Source of the DNA: Candidatus Spyradocola sp.
Lineage (GTDB): Bacteria > Bacillota > Clostridia > Christensenellales > UBA1750
Length of the DNA stretch: 64,000 nucleotides
Reading direction: 5' to 3'
NCBI GenBank assembly: GCA_050942925.1
Contig: JBMNOF010000003.1
Span: 25,314-89,313 of the forward strand
Part shown: piece by piece, positions 60,063 through 64,000 of the stretch
Layout of the letters: each line of letters opens with the position of its first letter
Numbering within the stretch: the stretch's first letter is position 1
Notes under the pieces: model-generated
The model's database searches: none
What the model was told of the DNA's origin: nothing
The model's input: the letters and a program-made list of their open reading frames with translations, nothing else
Translations under genes and position numbers: made by a program

Positions 60063-61466
60063 ATGGTCTTCTCGAGTTTGAGCTTTCTTACGCTCTTTCT
60101 CCCGCTGACGATCCTCTTCTACTTTGCGGTGCCGCGGCGATGGCGAAACCTTCTGCTGTTTGTGGCCAGCCTGATCTTCTACGCCTGGGGCGAACCGGTG
60201 TACATCGTCTTGATGCTCTTTTCCTCCGTGGTGGACTATACCCACGGCCTTCTGATGGAAAAGTTCGACGCCCGCCCGGGCGTCCGCAAGGCGCTGCTCC
60301 TCTCCTCGGTGACGATCAACCTTGCGCTGCTGGGCTTCTTTAAGTACGCAGGGCTGCTGGTTTCCACCCTCAATGCGGCGTTTTCGCTCTCCCTGCCTGT
60401 TCCGGAGGTCGCCCTGCCGGTGGGCATCTCCTTTTACACGTTCCAAACCATGTCCTACACGATCGACGTCTACCGCCGCAACTGCCCGACGCAGCGGAAT
60501 CCGCTCTCCTTCGGTTGCTACGTGTCCATGTTCCCGCAGCTCATCGCGGGGCCGATCGTGCGGTACGTGGACGTCATGCGCGAAATCGACGACCGGCGCG
60601 AAACCTGGGAGGGGTTCTTTCTGGGCATTCGCCGGTTCCTCGTGGGGCTTGCCAAGAAGCTGATCCTGGCCAACGGCGTGGGCATGCTCTGGGATTCGGT
60701 ATCCGCCCAACCGGCCTCTTCGCTCTCCGCGCTGAGCGCCTGGCTCGGCATCCTGGCCTACGCCTTCCAGATCTACTTTGACTTCTCCGGCTATTCGGAC
60801 ATGGCCATCGGCATGGGGCAGATGTTTGGGTTCCACTTCCCGGAAAACTTCCGCTACCCCTACATCTCCCGCTCCGTCTCCGACTTTTGGCGGCGGTGGC
60901 ACATCACGCTCTCGACCTGGTTCCGGGAATATCTCTACATCCCCTTAGGGGGCAACCGCGTGAGCGTGCCGCGCAACATCCTGAACCTTGCCATTGTCTG
61001 GATGGCGACGGGGCTCTGGCACGGGGCGAGTTGGAACTTCCTGCTCTGGGGCGCGTATTTCGGCGCGGTGCTCATCGCCGAGAAGTTCGTCTACGGCAAG
61101 GCGCTGGCGCGCGCGCCGCGCTTTGTGGGCTGGCTCTACACGGCGCTGGTGGTTCTGGTGGGCTGGGTGTTCTTTGCGCTGGACGATCTGTCCAAGGGCG
61201 TGGCCTACCTGGGCGCCATGCTGGGGGGCGGGTCCGGCGCAGTGGACGCCTCTGCCCTGCGGGCGCTGCTCAACTATGGCGCGCTGCTGCTGACGTGCGT
61301 GGTGGCATCCACGCCTCTGCTCTCCCGGGCCTTTTCCCGTCTGGGCGACGGGAAGCCGCGCGTCCAGGCCGCGCTTGGCTACGCGCTGATGATCGCGGGG
61401 TTTGCGGTGTGCCTGATCTACGTGGTGGACGCCGGATACAATCCCTTCCTCTACTTCCGATTCTAG
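60063..61466 (+). CDS. MBOAT-family O-acyltransferase (AlgI/DltB-like)
   Basis: MVFSSLSFLTLFLPLTILFYF...GISFYTFQTMSYTIDVY...FWRRWHITLSTWFREYLYIPLGGNR (catalytic His region). Confidence 0.85.
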   Translation: MVFSSLSFLTLFLPLTILFYFAVPRRWRNLLLFVASLIFYAWGEPVYIVLMLFSSVVDYTHGLLMEKFDARPGVRKALLLSSVTINLALLGFFKYAGLLVSTLNAAFSLSLPVPEVALPVGISFYTFQTMSYTIDVYRRNCPTQRNPLSFGCYVSMFPQLIAGPIVRYVDVMREIDDRRETWEGFFLGIRRFLVGLAKKLILANGVGMLWDSVSAQPASSLSALSAWLGILAYAFQIYFDFSGYSDMAIGMGQMFGFHFPENFRYPYISRSVSDFWRRWHITLSTWFREYLYIPLGGNRVSVPRNILNLAIVWMATGLWHGASWNFLLWGAYFGAVLIAEKFVYGKALARAPRFVGWLYTALVVLVGWVFFALDDLSKGVAYLGAMLGGGSGAVDASALRALLNYGALLLTCVVASTPLLSRAFSRLGDGKPRVQAALGYALMIAGFAVCLIYVVDAGYNPFLYFRF

Positions 61467-61484
61467 CTCTGGGGAGGTGAAACC

Positions 61485-62582
61485 GTGAAGAAGGCCATTT
61501 GCATTGGATTTGTCGCCGTGCTCTTTGCGGCGCTGCTGCTGACGCTGCTCCTGCCGGACCAGGCGTTTTCGGACATGGAAAACCGATACCTGGCGAAAAA
61601 GCCGGAATTTTCGCTCTCGTCCGTGCTCTCGGGCAAGTGGATGAACGACATGGAGACCTATCTTGCCGACCAATTCCCGGGGCGGACATTCTTCGTACGG
61701 ACGAAGGCGACGATCAACTATCTTCTGGGACAGCGGGAGATCGGCGGGGCCTACCTTGGGGCGGACGGCCAGCTCTTTGAAGTCTTTGACAAGGACCCGG
61801 ATGCGGACCGTTTGGACAAGAACGCGGCGATTCTCTCGCAATTCGCGTCTGCCCAGACGGGATCGGTGTACTTTCTCCCCGTCTACTCCGCCTTTACGCT
61901 CTATCCGGACCGGCTCCCGGCCTTTGTCGAGGAACCGGACGAGCGGGAAATCCTCCTCTCCCTCGCCTTGCCGGACACGGTGACCGTCGCGAACGCCTAT
62001 GACGCGCTGATCGCGCACCGTTCCGAGGCGCTGTACTTCCGCACGGACCACCATTGGACGCAAGATGGCGCCTATCTGGCCTATGAAGCGTACTGTGCGG
62101 CCGCGGGTCTTTCTCCCGTGGAGGACCTTGTGCGCAAGGAGAGCGCGCAGCCGTTTTACGGTTCGCTCTTTTCCAAGGCGCCGATCTGGGGCCTTGCGGG
62201 GGACCGTCTATGGTATTATGAGATTCCGCGCCAGGTGCAGGTGACGTACGACCTGGACAAGGTCAGCGACAGCCTGTACACGTTCTCGGCTCTCGAAGAA
62301 AAGGACCAATACCGTTTCTTCCTGGACGGGAATCACGCCCGCGTGGACATCGAGACGGACGCGGGCACGGGGCGCACGCTCGTGGTCTTGCAGGACTCCT
62401 TTGCGCACGCGCTGATTCCCTTTCTGGCCAACCACTACGACCGGATCGTGGTGCTGGATCTGCGCTACTACAACCTGCCCGTCTCCGAAGTGCTGCAGGA
62501 GAATCCCGGGGCGGACATACTGCTGACGTACAATCTGAGCTGGCTTGCCCAGGACCAGAACCTGGTCAAGCTGCTGCGGTAA
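61485..62582 (+). CDS. DHHW-family protein (AlgX/AlgJ-like SGNH partner of MBOAT)
   Basis: N-terminal TM, then the eponymous motif EALYFRTDHHWTQDGAYLAYE. Confidence 0.8.
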   Translation: MKKAICIGFVAVLFAALLLTLLLPDQAFSDMENRYLAKKPEFSLSSVLSGKWMNDMETYLADQFPGRTFFVRTKATINYLLGQREIGGAYLGADGQLFEVFDKDPDADRLDKNAAILSQFASAQTGSVYFLPVYSAFTLYPDRLPAFVEEPDEREILLSLALPDTVTVANAYDALIAHRSEALYFRTDHHWTQDGAYLAYEAYCAAAGLSPVEDLVRKESAQPFYGSLFSKAPIWGLAGDRLWYYEIPRQVQVTYDLDKVSDSLYTFSALEEKDQYRFFLDGNHARVDIETDAGTGRTLVVLQDSFAHALIPFLANHYDRIVVLDLRYYNLPVSEVLQENPGADILLTYNLSWLAQDQNLVKLLR

Positions 62583-62585
62583 ACA

Positions 62586-62627
62586 AAAGTGGCCCCGCGC
62601 GCTGGTCTTGGCGCGCGGGGCCACTTT
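62586..62627. terminator. bidirectional hairpin between convergent genes
   Basis: AAAGTGGCCCCGCGCGCtggtcttgGCGCGCGGGGCCACTTT. Confidence 0.75.
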
Positions 62628-62646
62628 GTCCAAAGTCTCCTTGTAC

Positions 62647-64000
62647 TTAGAAGGCGATCTTTGCGGCGATGTACTCTTCCAGCTTGTCCACCGAGATGCG
62701 CTCCTGCTGCATGGTGTCGCGGTCGCGCACGGTGACGCAGTTGTCGTTCGCGGTATCAAAGTCCACGGTGATGCAAAGCGGCGTGCCGATTTCGTCCTGG
62801 CGGCGATAGCGCTTGCCGATGGAACCGGTCTCGTCGTAGTCCACGCTGAACTTCTTGCACAGGCGGTTGTAGATCTCGGTGGCCGCCTCGCCCAGCTTGT
62901 TCTTCTGCAGGGGCAGGACCGCCGCCTTGAAGGGCGCCAGCACGGGGTGCAGGTGCAGCACCACGCGCACGTCCGGGTTGCCCTTGGCGTCGGTGAGGGT
63001 CTCCTCCTCATAGGCGTCGCACAGGAGCGCCAGCGCCGCGCGGTCCGCGCCCAGCGAGGGCTCGATGCAGTAGGGGATGTAGCGCTCATTGGTCACGGGG
63101 TCGATGTACTCCATCGGCTGGCCGGAATGCTCCTGGTGCTGCTTGAGGTCGTAGTCCGTGCGGTCCGCAACGCCCCAGAGTTCGCCCCAGCCGAAGGGGA
63201 ACTTGTACTCAAAGTCCGTCGTCGCCTTGGAGTAGAAGGCCAGCTCCTCCTTCTCGTGGTCGCGCAGGCGCAGGTGCTCCGGGTCCACGCCCAGGCTCAG
63301 CAGCCAGTCGCGGCAGAATCCGCGCCAGTAGGTGAACCACTCCAGATCCTCGCCGGGCTTGCAGAAGAACTCCAGCTCCATCTGCTCAAACTCGCGCGTA
63401 CGGAAGGTGAAGTTGCCGGGCGTGATCTCGTTGCGGAAGGATTTGCCGATCTGCGCGATGCCAAAGGGGATCTTCTTGCGCGTGGTGCGGGCAACGTTCT
63501 TGAAGTTGACGAAGATGCCCTGCGCGGTCTCCGGGCGCAGGTAGATCTCATTCTGGCTGTCCTCGGTCACGCCCTGGAAGGTCTTGAACATCATGTTGAA
63601 CTTGCGGATGGGGGTGAAGTCGCTCTTGCCGCACTGGGGGCAGGCGACGTGGTTCTCCGCGATGTAGGCCTCGAGCTTTTCGTCGCTCCAGCCGTCTGCG
63701 CTGATTCCGCAGACCTGCTCGATGAGCTGGTCCGCGCGGTAGCGGCTCTTGCAGGCCTTGCAGTCGATGAGCGGATCGTTGAACGAGCCCACGTGTCCGG
63801 AGGCCACCCAAACCTCGCGGTTCATCAGGATCGCGCAGTCCACGCCGACGTTATAGGGGCTCTCCTGCACGAACTTCTGCCACCAGGCGCGCTTGACGTT
63901 GTTTTTGAACTCCACGCCCAGGGGGCCGTAGTCCCAGGTGTTGGCCAGGCCACCGTAAATCTCGGAGCCCGCAAAGATGAATCCCCGCCCCTTGCACAGG
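62647..64000 (-). CDS. glyQS: glycine--tRNA ligase (class II, GlyQS type), C-terminal ~450 aa; gene continues beyond the right edge
   Basis: [17 protein letters not shown]...[10 protein letters not shown]...[14 protein letters not shown]...[32 protein letters not shown]. The frame stays open upstream of the track's 'M' (a GTG Val) to position 64000: ..[26 protein letters not shown]. Confidence 0.9.
   Translation of the reverse strand, partial: LCKGRGFIFAGSEIYGGLANTWDYGPLGVEFKNNVKRAWWQKFVQESPYNVGVDCAILMNREVWVASGHVGSFNDPLIDCKACKSRYRADQLIEQVCGISADGWSDEKLEAYIAENHVACPQCGKSDFTPIRKFNMMFKTFQGVTEDSQNEIYLRPETAQGIFVNFKNVARTTRKKIPFGIAQIGKSFRNEITPGNFTFRTREFEQMELEFFCKPGEDLEWFTYWRGFCRDWLLSLGVDPEHLRLRDHEKEELAFYSKATTDFEYKFPFGWGELWGVADRTDYDLKQHQEHSGQPMEYIDPVTNERYIPYCIEPSLGADRAALALLCDAYEEETLTDAKGNPDVRVVLHLHPVLAPFKAAVLPLQKNKLGEAATEIYNRLCKKFSVDYDETGSIGKRYRRQDEIGTPLCITVDFDTANDNCVTVRDRDTMQQERISVDKLEEYIAAKIAF

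Noticed and set aside
62647-63915. glyQS start at the 'M' given in the ORF track (63915).
   Set aside because: That codon is an internal GTG (Val in ..[10 protein letters not shown]..). The frame remains open to the window edge and encodes conserved GlyRS N-terminal sequence, so the gene is partial.

Overview
GC-rich chromosomal window. Its gene content (HydG, Bce-type modules, vanG-type operon, preQ1-queT) suggests an anaerobic high-GC Firmicute of the Clostridia; this is inference only. Positions 1-23.2 kb are one long minus-strand operon for a phage-tail-like contractile injection system of the eCIS/PLTS type. It encodes a sheath, three gp19-type tube paralogues, a gpE-like chaperone and a 1532-aa repeat-expanded collagen-like protein in the tape-measure slot. 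It also encodes a LysM tube initiator, gpD-like hub, gpV/VgrG-like spike, gp25, two Baseplate_J-like proteins, a gpI-like protein and an Ig-tipped fibre-like protein. The operon starts at a near-consensus extended -10 promoter inside an AT-rich island and lies directly downstream of a WYL-domain regulator. No capsid, portal, terminase, integrase, lysis, AAA+ ATPase, PAAR or DUF4255 cap gene is visible in the window, and the operon runs off the left edge. Unknown genes sit at both ends: a 315-aa protein plus a YbjN/T3SS-chaperone-like protein at the 5' end, and a degenerate kinase-like protein plus a membrane-anchored protein at the 3' end. The rest of the window holds ordinary and accessory genes. 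These are a preQ1-I riboswitch with queT, a CAP-domain protein, sugar and nucleoside metabolism genes (GH127, Gfo/Idh/MocA, dcd, nucleoside phosphorylase), MATE and ABC transporters, and tRNA-Ile, tRNA-Glu and tRNA-Gln. There is also a complete vanG-type operon (vanR-vanS, vanW-vanG-vanXY-vanT), a TM1266-type regulator with hydG, and a BceRS/BceAB-like module with its TNACA-N4-TGTAA box next to a monofunctional glycosyltransferase. The right end carries another ABC pair, SufBD/SufC-like genes, a degenerate 5'-nucleotidase-like surface protein, a DUF4358-MBOAT-DHHW module and the 3' part of glyQS. Many long ORFs in the supplied track are antisense shadows typical of GC-rich DNA and were rejected.
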